From: an uncultured delta proteobacterium
Lineage (GTDB): Bacteria; Desulfobacterota; Desulfobacteria; Desulfobacterales; QNYZ01
Direction of reading: 5' to 3'
Assembly: GCA_963845145.1 (NCBI GenBank)
Contig: CAWJQU010000005.1
Coordinates: forward strand, 384,001-448,000
DNA length: 64,000 nt
Numbering within the stretch: the first letter of the stretch is position 1; every line of letters starts with the position of its first letter. Below are positions 10,329-18,951 of this stretch, piece by piece. The translations under genes were made by a program, and so were the position numbers. The notes beneath the pieces were generated by a model. That model saw only the letters and a program-made list of their open reading frames with translations, had not been told where the DNA came from and ran no database searches.

Positions 10329-10367
10329 AAAATGGTGAGGGACGATTGGCTTATCCTTCACCATTTT
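10329..10367 (+). terminator. Hairpin with T-tract, possible intrinsic terminator
   Basis: AAAATGGTGAGGGA...TCCTTCACCATTTT inverted repeat. Confidence 0.5.
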
Positions 10368-10419
10368 TCTATTCTGTGAAGACTCCCAGCTGAGTTTTTG
10401 TCTTATCCGTATCTCGGTA

Positions 10420-10580
10420 CCGACATGATGGATGAGCCCCTCCTCTTTCTCGGCCGCTTTGGGATAGTGAATACGCGGGCCATTAGAAACATCGTTGATG
10501 GCAACGGGCTTTCTTTTTGTGAGTCGACGATTGATTCCAAGGCGCTCACCGACCCCTTGTCGAAGTCAAGCCGCAAACGT
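10420..10580 (-). pseudogene. GAF-domain gene fragment
   Basis: Frameshifted DKGSVSALESI / KPVAINDVSNGPRIHYPKAAEKEEG, resembling GAF domains of deltaproteobacterial sensors. Confidence 0.5.
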
Positions 10581-10586
10581 CTAAAA

Positions 10587-10698
10587 AAAATCAATGCCTT
10601 TAAAGCTGCATTGGATATTAACACCTGGGTCGAAGAGAATTCGGTATCGGTTTTAAATGTCGCAGGATCATGGGCAAGCGAAGATCCAAAGATATATG
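10587..10698 (+). repeat. 112-bp copy of an internal segment of the SLOG gene (15190-15301)
   Basis: Ungapped alignment with 6 mismatches; encodes KINAFKAALDIN.W.EENSVSVLNVAGS.ASEDPKIY. Confidence 0.95.
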
Positions 10699-10815
10699 CA
10701 TGGGCGCTTATAACTAATCATACGCATATTTTACTGCGTAGCAGTGCCGTCAGGCTGCCTACGTTCATGCGCCGGTTTCTTTAGGGCTGCGCCATATCGT
10801 ACAACCGCACCCAAC
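10693..10815 (+). mobile_element. REP-associated tyrosine transposase (RAYT, Y1 HUH) fragment
   Basis: YAWALITNHTHILLR...FMRR (HUH motif), then frameshifted AISYNR. Confidence 0.75.
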
Positions 10816-10830
10816 GCCAACGGCGGGGAA

Positions 10831-10945
10831 GTCTCTTTTTCCCGATAAAATGGATCGCCGCACAACAAATCGATGCTCGCCCTCTGCATGATTGGCGTCG
10901 CCGTTTCATTGAATATCACCGAATCCATCCACGCATGCAATCCAT
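10831..10945. repeat. Diverged copy of 6438-6550 (flippase 3' end, intergenic, GINT1-like 3' end)
   Basis: Shared blocks GTCTCTTTTTCCCGA, CCTCTGCATGAT, CGCCGTTTCATTGAATATC and TCCATCCACGCATGCAATCCAT in the same order and spacing. Confidence 0.85.
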
Positions 10946-11973
10946 TGGCCGCCATCAATCCTGTGTGGGTCGATATGATGCATTCCGAGCCTGTTCCATC
11001 CATCCCCGCTGGCCCTGATGACTGGCGTTTCCCGGTGAAGAACTTCCATATAGTCGTCTTGCGTCAGCTTTGTAATTTTAAAAGCCCATACTTGGTAGCC
11101 ATAAACAGGATAGCAATCCTGGGTGAATCTAAAAATTTCGTTTTCAAACGAAACGATCCTTCCACCCGGTCTGGCGATATTCGGATCACCCTCAACCACG
11201 GGACTTTTTGGATGCTCCTTCCAGGGACCTATCAGATTGTCCGCGAAATAGAGCCGTAGCGTTCCGTTGTCGTGCGGCCTTGAACTGGTCTCCGAAAAAA
11301 GCCACCATTTACCATTATACTGGACGATTGAATTATCCGAAAACCGCTCCCCCATTAATAAAGTACCAGTGAATTCCCATTTTTCCGGAAAATTCGACGC
11401 CTTATAAAGCCGAACCGATGAAACCGCATTGCTTTCGGGAATCATGTAATAATGACCGCCATGCTCAAAAACATACGGGTAAGATAGATGAAACGGCTCG
11501 TTTAGAACGATTTTCCCATATGTCCAGTGAAGACCGTCCTCACTTTTCGCATATCCGATGTCGCCTTGATGGTTTGTCGCGTTCTCAACTTCAAAAAACA
11601 TGTACCATATATCATCGCGTTGGATCATGAACGGATCTGCAACAAGCGTTGCACGTGTGTCCGTCACGTCTTCCGGACGAAGAACGGGGTTGGCGGCACC
11701 AAAAGAATATTCGAAAGGAGAATTACCCTTGTAAACACCGATAGTGAATGTCGCGGGATATTCGATGGATTGAATTTTCCAGCCCGCCTTGAACGCGTTT
11801 TTTCCGTTCGGATACGAATTGAGATACGCGCGGTAAGCTTCCGCTGTTTTTCTTTTTTCCGCGTACCAGAAGCTCAAGTTATCTTGAGAAATATATACGC
11901 AAGCAGCAAGGCAGGCAATTGTAATTGCGAAACATCCTGATATACGGAGGACAAGTTTTCGGCTTACCGCCAT
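10906..11973 (-). CDS. Membrane-anchored beta-propeller protein, GINT1 (glucosamine inositolphosphorylceramide transferase) N-terminal-domain-like
   Basis: N-terminal TM helix; ADPF, YMFFE, HLSYPYVF, YYMIPE, W.EHP.SP, RPGG, QDC..YG and HHID motifs. Confidence 0.75.
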   Translation of the reverse strand: MAVSRKLVLRISGCFAITIACLAACVYISQDNLSFWYAEKRKTAEAYRAYLNSYPNGKNAFKAGWKIQSIEYPATFTIGVYKGNSPFEYSFGAANPVLRPEDVTDTRATLVADPFMIQRDDIWYMFFEVENATNHQGDIGYAKSEDGLHWTYGKIVLNEPFHLSYPYVFEHGGHYYMIPESNAVSSVRLYKASNFPEKWEFTGTLLMGERFSDNSIVQYNGKWWLFSETSSRPHDNGTLRLYFADNLIGPWKEHPKSPVVEGDPNIARPGGRIVSFENEIFRFTQDCYPVYGYQVWAFKITKLTQDDYMEVLHRETPVIRASGDGWNRLGMHHIDPHRIDGGQWIACVDGFGDIQ

Positions 11974-12433
11974 ATTAGCCGCCTTTCAATTCGGAACGCA
12001 GGTCCGGGGCAGAACGAACGTGAACGACCAAGAGAGAAAACGTCCTTGTCGGTGGGAATGCTGACCCTGTTGCTGGCACGCTCCCTGCGTCAGTGAAATT
12101 CATTTGCAGTCTTCGTTACAGACCATTCGTAAACTTCGGTGTCCACAAGTTCGCTGACGACTTAGGCCACGAAGGGCTCGTTCACGATTCTCCAGTCTGG
12201 CGCGAGCACGGCGGACTATTCTTTGCCCGGCCCCCAAGACGGATCGTTTGGCTTCATTGCGCAAACCATGAGATATCCGGGGCCGTAAACAGCTTGATTC
12301 CGCTCTCGGCCAGAATCAGTGTCGATGATAGGAAAACGTTTTCTGTACGAAGGTTTATATCAATTGGCGATTTGTATGTCAATTGACCGCTCAATACCAT
12401 ATGCTGTATAGGTAGTTTTTTTGTTATTGTTCA

Positions 12434-12616
12434 ATGCAATGGTTCGGGACAGCGTATGCGGTCGGTTTTCATATGAGTAACGGAACCGGACGGCATCTAT
12501 TTCAAGGGCAATATAAAAGTATTTTAGTGGAAAATGAAACTTATCTAATGAGGCCATCTTTATATATTCATCGGAATGACTTAAGGGCTGGAATGGTCGA
12601 GCGGCTTATGGATTAC
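12434..12616 (+). mobile_element. RAYT transposase fragment
   Basis: MQWFG..Y...HLFQGQYKSILVE...YIHRN.LRAGMV..L.DY. Confidence 0.8.
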
Positions 12617-12769
12617 AATACCGTCAGACCAACCAGTAGCCTTGATTTTAAACCACCGGCACCTGAGACTGTTTATCCTTTGATCTTTAATCCTTTTCTG
12701 TTTACATCTGGTGGAAAAAATACTCCGGGTTCTAACTTAACAAATGGGACTAAAATTGGGGGCAGTTCA
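12614..12769 (+). mobile_element. IS3-family right-end remnant
   Basis: YNTVRP.SSL..KPPAPE transposase tail, followed by a terminal ...TTGGGGGCAGTTCA. Confidence 0.7.
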
Positions 12770-12827
12770 GTGAGCTACGCTGCGCCATTGCAAGTCAAGC
12801 AATAACTAATAAAAATGGAATTTGACC

Positions 12828-13103
12828 ATGTTCTCAAACCTGAAATGCCCGAAATGCCATAATCAGCGGGAGCCAGACGCTATTGAATGTCCATTCTGCG
12901 GAATTTTCTACAAAAAATTCAAGGTTAAAGACTCCAATCTGCAAGAAAAAGTAATTAAAAACGTACAAAAGAAAAAAAAGTTACAAAAATTTGTAAGGCA
13001 CACTATACTAGGAATATTTTTGTTTCTCATATTCGCAATTTCAGTACCCCTGCTATTATTCCGGCAATTAAATAGGAGAACTAAGTCGCATAAGCAAATA
13101 TAG
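12828..13103 (+). CDS. Small zinc-ribbon membrane protein (possibly truncated)
   Basis: CPKC...CPFC followed by one TM helix. Confidence 0.55.
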   Translation: MFSNLKCPKCHNQREPDAIECPFCGIFYKKFKVKDSNLQEKVIKNVQKKKKLQKFVRHTILGIFLFLIFAISVPLLLFRQLNRRTKSHKQI

Positions 13104-13543
13104 GCTGTTTAAAATTCTTTTAGCGCCATTCCAACCTCGTATTCCCACCATCCCACGATTTAATAGAAATTGCATAAAACTTGCTGAACGGTCCTCAATA
13201 TTTATTTTTCACCCCTTATCATTTACAGAATAATGCCGATAGTATGATCAGAAACATAAAATTTAAACGGGAATATATTTTATGAAAAACGCACAAACCT
13301 ATGCTATAGGAGAGCCAACAGAGGCATCCCACCATCCTTTATTATGGATAAAGGAATGCTCGAATTGCTTTTTGTTATTGAGAATGAAAAAGACATCAAA
13401 AAAGTCTTACAGAAAGCGCAGTTGACTCCTTTAGTTTTTAAAACAAAAGACAGCGCAACCGTCCCGCCTTTTATTCGCTTGGCTGGACAGAAATAAAACT
13501 GTCAAAAGCGAACACTTAAATTGACAAGGAGATAATCCATAAC

Positions 13544-13930
13544 ATGGCTCCAACTATTGGGAAGAGAAATAAAGACAGATTTCAAGTGATGAATTGCAAT
13601 GTCCGATTAGAATCAAAAGGGTTTTTGGGATTTTTCGGAAATCAGATGCATTGTGCCGCACTCATCAATTCAAGTGCTACCGGTATACAGATAGTCTCTT
13701 ACGATATGCTGAAAAACAAAAAACAATACGATATTGTCATATACTCACCGGCATTTAGTAACCCGATTTCAACTAAAGGCCGGATTGTTTGGCAAAAACC
13801 TTATGCTGGAAACGATCGGAAGCAATACTACCGAATTGGTTTTGAGTTTACCTATTTTAAAGGTCCCTCCATGGAGCAAATCCAAAAACTTGAAGATGAT
13901 CCTAACTTACGGGAGTTAAAAAGGGATTAG
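13544..13930 (+). CDS. PilZ-domain protein
   Basis: AGGAG RBS, RxxxR (RNKDR), NxSxxG (NSSATG), GRIVW...IGFEF. Confidence 0.75.
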   Translation: MAPTIGKRNKDRFQVMNCNVRLESKGFLGFFGNQMHCAALINSSATGIQIVSYDMLKNKKQYDIVIYSPAFSNPISTKGRIVWQKPYAGNDRKQYYRIGFEFTYFKGPSMEQIQKLEDDPNLRELKRD

Positions 13931-14086
13931 CTTGAAACCGCCTTTCATTCAGTCCCAAGTACAATTTAATTTTACCCACCACCAATTTTATTCATACCAC
14001 CAGGGAGGGTCTACCATGAGGATCAAAACCATTTTTGTTATGCCCCTTGTATTATTATCTATTTTGGTGTCGATTATTCCCTGATT

Positions 14087-14320
14087 ATGAATATGCATTG
14101 TAATGGGAGCGGATTTGGCGGGATCGGCCGCGCTCTGTTGATCGCTGCACATGAAGATGTCTCAGATTCCTGGGAAGATATCCTTGCAATGCATAATGAC
14201 CAGGGCTGGGGCTTGATCTTAAAGCTATATGATATTTCTCCCAGTGAGCTTGCACCTGGCCAAGTTATTTCCAGGCATGGAAATAAACCGGATAGGCCGA
14301 GAAATCCGGATAAACCTTAG
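14087..14320 (+). pseudogene. Hypothetical gene fragment
   Basis: Protein-like GFGGI/GWG repeats, preceded by an RBS and a signal-peptide-like stub at 14017 that ends early. Confidence 0.3.
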
Positions 14321-14862
14321 TAGGATTTCATCATCTGCTGATATTTATTTTTCCTGGGAGGATATATGGGACGGACTGTTTGGGCCGACTGTTTCGATGT
14401 TCCCGGGCATGTATGTAAAGATGCCCGGTTGAAGGGAACACAATTAAAATATCCAAAGGGGACTCCCAAAGGACCGGCAGATTGGGAAGCAGGCATAAAT
14501 TTTAGAAGCTTATCTGACCTGGCCAATAAACTTGAAAAGGCGTTCGTGCCAACAAGTTATTAAAAGCGCCACCCGAAGTGGCACCCAAACCGCCTCGTAA
14601 GAAAGTACCGATATGGATTTACAAAGAGCTTAGCGAGCTTCTACAAAAAATCAAAAAATTGAATCAAGTCAAGCCGCAAACGTCTATAATAAAGAAAGAA
14701 CGCGCCAGGTTGATAGGTCAGTACATGAGCCGAAAAAGGGCTATTGAAGACAGAAATCACATTGAAATCGTTGACAAAGTTAAAGGATGGCTTTAGAGAA
14801 AAAAGAGACTTTCGACCCGTGGAAAAGATACTATAGGTGATCGTATTTCAACCTTGAAATAA

Positions 14863-15708
14863 ATGGAGTTTGATACCATAGTGATTGAAAAAATAATAAC
14901 CGGTGGCCAAACGGGAGCCGACCAAGCTGGGCTCGATGTCGCGATAAAACTGGATATCCCCCATGGCGGATGGGTTCCAAGAGGCCGCAAGACCGAAGAC
15001 GGGATATTGCCAAAGAAATATACATTAAAAGAGATGGCCACCGGCAGCTACCCTGCCCGTACAGAAAAGAATGTGCTTGATTCTGATGGTACCCTTATTT
15101 TCACCCATGGGGTCCTCTCCGGTGGTTCTGCCTTAACGCAAAGAATGACCAATCAACATGGCCGTCCATGCCTTCACATAGACATTAATAAAATCAACGC
15201 CTTTAAAGCTGCATTGGATATTAACGCCTGGATCGAAGAGAATTCGGTATCGGTTTTAAATGTCGCAGGGTCACGGGCAAGCGAAGACCCAAAGATATAT
15301 GATGCTGTCATGGGCATTCTCGAAAGCGCCTACATCCTCGGCCTATCCAAAGGCCCTGAACCGGAAGCAGTTCGAACACTGTTCTCAAGTAAAGAAAGGG
15401 CCCAGGAGCGGTCATTCAAGCCCCGTACCGTCAAGGAAGCGGTCGAAAACCTTATCATTAAATTATCTTTGAAGGATAAAGCATCTATTGCCAATATGGC
15501 TGAGCAAGAGCTTTCATCCCTTCATATTTCATTGGGGAATTATATACGAAACAATTATGATCTTTTGGGTGGAAACAATGAGCTTTTATCATCATGTCGA
15601 TTCTTGCTGAAAAAGGATGATGTTCATGAGGATGAGGCTTCGACCTTTATCATAAGGAAATTATGGGAGGCGCTCAGAAAGACCCATCGATTGAAGGTTG
15701 TTAAGTGA
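14863..15708 (+). CDS. SLOG-superfamily 'putative molybdenum carrier' protein with C-terminal DUF6794-like domain
   Basis: ITGGQTGADQAGLD, GGWVPRG, RTEKNV.DSDGT, LNVAGSRAS; C-terminal LG.YIRN...L..GN. Confidence 0.85.
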   Translation: MEFDTIVIEKIITGGQTGADQAGLDVAIKLDIPHGGWVPRGRKTEDGILPKKYTLKEMATGSYPARTEKNVLDSDGTLIFTHGVLSGGSALTQRMTNQHGRPCLHIDINKINAFKAALDINAWIEENSVSVLNVAGSRASEDPKIYDAVMGILESAYILGLSKGPEPEAVRTLFSSKERAQERSFKPRTVKEAVENLIIKLSLKDKASIANMAEQELSSLHISLGNYIRNNYDLLGGNNELLSSCRFLLKKDDVHEDEASTFIIRKLWEALRKTHRLKVVK

Positions 15709-15889
15709 ATATACACCAACCTATCAGATATCTGTCGTAATAGCTGAAGTTACATAACCAATGCGGCTCAATCTTCGCTTCGGCCAGCCTAGCATAACAC
15801 AGACTACAAGAAATACTGCTACAGTGAATCTGCAAAAAAAGACCCTATGGAATTAAAATGGGGGCAAATTGGCCCCCTGCTTCTAACTA

Positions 15890-17576
15890 GTGTCCATCCA
15901 AAGCTATAACTATCTGAAACTCATAAAAAAAGCGCATTTTGCGGTAGCAATTCTTTTCGTTTTGTGGTATATTGAAAGTTACTAAACACTCAATAATACT
16001 ACAAAAACAGAAAAGGAGCTGGTCGCAAAATGCGCGAAAAATGGCCCAAACAAATGCCCCTGATGGCTCACATCCTCGATCATCCCCAAAGCAAGGAACT
16101 GGAAGTGATCAGTGGGATTATCGATGCAAAACCTACCATCTGTGAGTATATTCTGCAAGATCTAAACAGAGGCAAGTCCAAGACCCAGCGCGCCGGCGCC
16201 AAAGGTATGAGCGCCGAACAAGTGCTACGCTTTATCATCGTCAAAGTCCTTTTCGGTTTCACTTATGAAGAATTGGCCTTCCACATCGTCGACTCGCAAA
16301 GCCTGCGCTGGTTTTGCCGCATCGGCATGGCCGAAGAAGGGTTTAAAAAATCTGCCTTGAACCGCAATATCAAAGCCATCAGTGATCAGACCTGGGAGAT
16401 GGTCAACCGCGATATTCTGGAATATGCCAAAAAAGAGGGCATCGAAAAGGGCCGTAAAGTGCGCACGGACTGTACCTGCGTTGAGTCCAACATTCACCAG
16501 CCATGGGATTCGACCCTGTTGGGCGACTGTGTACGGGTATTGACGCGGCTTATTGTGCGCAGCCGGGATGAGTTCGGGCTCAAGGTGCCGCAATTTAGCA
16601 ACCATAACCGACGGGCCAAACGTCGGATGCTGGCGGTTATGAATGCCAAGGGTAAAAAGCCACGCAAGGCGGCCTATGTCGACTTGCTCAAAATTACCGG
16701 CAAGGTGCGCGGTTATGCCCACACGGCGGCACAGATGATCAAAAAGAGTGCGCTCGCACCCAGCGCGATTGCTCTTTTTGCCCAAATCAATCACTATGCC
16801 GAGCTTACCGAAAAGGTCATCGACCAGACCCATCGCAGGGTTGTTCTGGGCCAGAGCGTTGCTGCCGCTGACAAGGTGGTATCGATCTTCGAACCTCACA
16901 CCGACGTTATTGTCAAGGATCGCCGGGATGTGATTTTCGGCCACAAGATCTGCCTGACCGGCGGAGCCTCCAATTTGATTCTGGATTGCCTGATTGTCGA
17001 AGGCAATCCAGCCGATGTAGATTTGGCCATCCCGATGTTAGACCGGCAAAAAGAAATCTATGGCCGATACCCGCTCAAAGTCTGCTTTGACGGCGGCTTT
17101 GCATCTAAAGACAATCTGAAACAGGCCAAGGCGGCCTCGCGCAAGATAAAGGATGTCTGCTTTGCCAAAAAGCGCGGTCTGAAAGAAACAGATATGTGCC
17201 GCAGTGAATATGTGTATCATAGGCTTCGCCGGTTCAGGGCCGGGATTGAGTCGGGCATTTCCTGGCTCAAACGTTCCATGGGGCTGGCTCGATGTATGTG
17301 GAAAGGCTGGCACGGCTTTAAGTCATATGTCTGGTCATCGATTGTCGCGGCCAATTTATTGACCATTGCAAGGACCAAGCTGGCGTCAACTTAAAAATTG
17401 CGGCCTTTATCCATTGTTGGTTCGCGCGCAGCAGCAGAGGTGCGCTCAAAATACGAAGAAAACGAAAAATATCTATGCTATCAAAATATTTGTAGCAGAT
17501 TATCATAGAACAATTCTTTTGGAACCATCGCTGTAGTAAATGGACTGCTTAAAACTACCGATTATTGGATGGACAC
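15890..17576 (+). mobile_element. Complete insertion sequence (IS5/ISNCY-like)
   Basis: Terminal inverted repeats GTGTCCATCCAA / TTGGATGGACAC, flanked by the direct repeat TAACTA (15884-15889 and 17577-17582). Confidence 0.9.
16030..17394 (+). CDS. DDE transposase
   Basis: RTDCTCVESNIH.P.D, FGHK, GNPAD, FDGGF, R.GIESGIS.LKR. Confidence 0.95.
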   Translation: MREKWPKQMPLMAHILDHPQSKELEVISGIIDAKPTICEYILQDLNRGKSKTQRAGAKGMSAEQVLRFIIVKVLFGFTYEELAFHIVDSQSLRWFCRIGMAEEGFKKSALNRNIKAISDQTWEMVNRDILEYAKKEGIEKGRKVRTDCTCVESNIHQPWDSTLLGDCVRVLTRLIVRSRDEFGLKVPQFSNHNRRAKRRMLAVMNAKGKKPRKAAYVDLLKITGKVRGYAHTAAQMIKKSALAPSAIALFAQINHYAELTEKVIDQTHRRVVLGQSVAAADKVVSIFEPHTDVIVKDRRDVIFGHKICLTGGASNLILDCLIVEGNPADVDLAIPMLDRQKEIYGRYPLKVCFDGGFASKDNLKQAKAASRKIKDVCFAKKRGLKETDMCRSEYVYHRLRRFRAGIESGISWLKRSMGLARCMWKGWHGFKSYVWSSIVAANLLTIARTKLAST

Positions 17577-17953
17577 TAACTAAAGCCATAGAAAAATTTG
17601 ATATGTGGCCCTATGTGGCTGATCCAATAATATTTTGTCCTGTCGATTGGTGGGATTGGAAACAATTCCTAAGTGAATCGCCTGATAATGATGTGCCAAC
17701 CAACTCTCAAGCGGTTCACTTGTGGAATGAGATGTGGCGTCGGGATAAAGTTGATAAGTCCAGCAACTTCTTTGAAAATTGCATTTACGAACAACTTAAG
17801 AAGCTTTATCTAAATAATTAGAAAAATTGCATTAAATAGACATGCGTAAATTTATTTGCTATACTAAATAAACCCTAACACGGTATTGGCCTTGCAAGGG
17901 GGGAAACGTATCCCATCGGGTAACTTTATTGTGCTTTTGAATGACATATATCT

Positions 17954-18298
17954 ATGAAAAACGGAATCGAAAGACGCCGACATATTCGAGCCCCTTTACA
18001 TGTGCCCTTTACTTTAATAACTGCCCAAGGCCACATCAAAGAAAAGACTCGTGACATTAGTGTTAGCGGATTTTCCGCTATCTTGCCTTTTGAAGCATCT
18101 GAAATAGAAGATGAATTTCAAAGCATCCTCGGATCGACTGAGGAACGGTTGATGTTGGTGGATTGTAAAAAGATATGGTCGGATAGTATTACTGTTCATG
18201 ATACCATCCTTATCGGAATTGGTGTTCAATTTACCAAAATATCATCCAAAGACCACAAAATCATAGCTTCATTGGTTGAAGATTTCTATAGGGCTTAG
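17954..18298 (+). CDS. Stand-alone PilZ protein, paralogue 1
   Basis: RRHIR and DISVSG motifs. Confidence 0.85.
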   Translation: MKNGIERRRHIRAPLHVPFTLITAQGHIKEKTRDISVSGFSAILPFEASEIEDEFQSILGSTEERLMLVDCKKIWSDSITVHDTILIGIGVQFTKISSKDHKIIASLVEDFYRA

Positions 18299-18430
18299 TA
18301 CACTTTAATGAAGAGGCTGTAATTGCACTCAAGAAAAAGAATATAGACAATAAACCCTTTAGAAGGTGGTGGCCCAAGACCGAAAAATAAAAAGCGTAGG
18401 CCCTATCCATCTTATAGCTGTTGCCGAAAT

Positions 18431-18820
18431 ATGAAAAACGGAATTGAAAGACGTCGTTATATTCGGGCGCCATTAAAATTAGACCTGTTTATAGAGACCC
18501 CCAAAGGTAGAATCAATGGCATGACTGCTGATATTAGTATCCGTGGGCTTTCCATTATGCTTTTCTTAAAAGCGCCTGAAATCGATCAAAAATTTGAAAT
18601 AATGCTTAAATCGCCATATGGCCATGAAATGTCAATCACTTGTGAAAAGGCGTGGTCGGGTAAACATATTTCAAATAAAATTGTCTACGATGCAATTGGC
18701 GTACATTTTACACACATATCACTATCCGACCAAAAAATTTTAACAACAATGATTGAAGATCATTACCTGGTCTTAGCTTTTAAAGAGAGTATCACTTTGG
18801 ATGATGATAATAAATTATAG
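18431..18820 (+). CDS. Stand-alone PilZ protein, paralogue 2
   Basis: RRYIR and DISIRG motifs. Confidence 0.85.
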   Translation: MKNGIERRRYIRAPLKLDLFIETPKGRINGMTADISIRGLSIMLFLKAPEIDQKFEIMLKSPYGHEMSITCEKAWSGKHISNKIVYDAIGVHFTHISLSDQKILTTMIEDHYLVLAFKESITLDDDNKL

Positions 18821-18951
18821 CTTCAATGGTTATGTGATTTTATCTACCATTTCCCATCTGGCAGGTTTCTCCAGTTTTTTGTTGAGATGATAAGTTAAAG
18901 CTAACACAATGCATCTTTTTAGCTCCTTTACGGGAACTTCATCCGGCGTTC

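Larger units (their letters stand above)
15800..17821 (+). pseudogene. C-terminal remnant of a GT32-like alpha-glycosyltransferase, interrupted by the IS
   Basis: Removing the IS joins YCYSESAKKDPMELKWGQIGPLLLT to KAIEKF...FCPVDW...AVHLWNEMWRR in frame. Confidence 0.7.

Noticed and set aside
10398..10784. 128-aa ORF as a real gene
   Set aside because: It reads through antisense GAF, SLOG-copy and RAYT fragments, so it is a chimera of relics.
8158..11577. The 210-bp near-duplicate as a DGR template/variable-repeat pair
   Set aside because: Mismatches are mixed and mostly transitions rather than adenine-specific, the match is mid-gene, and there is no reverse transcriptase in the window.
12008..12078. 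attC-like site (CAGAACG...CCCTGTTGCTGG); also a weak one near 15763
   Set aside because: Arm pairing is poor, the site is not repeated, and there is no integron integrase in the window.
10420..12805. Fragment patchwork as a CRISPR-like array
   Set aside because: There is no recurring repeat between fragments, lengths are irregular, and no cas genes are present.
14366..14796. Two small ORFs (65 and 72 aa)
   Set aside because: No recognisable motifs; they may be relics, but I cannot support a call.
17540..17821. 93-aa ORF starting inside the IS end
   Set aside because: Its start is supplied by the IS terminus; the rest is the GT32-like remnant.
17821..17953. c-di-GMP riboswitch upstream of the PilZ genes
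   Set aside because: No recognisable GEMM consensus, and the leaders of the four paralogues are not conserved.
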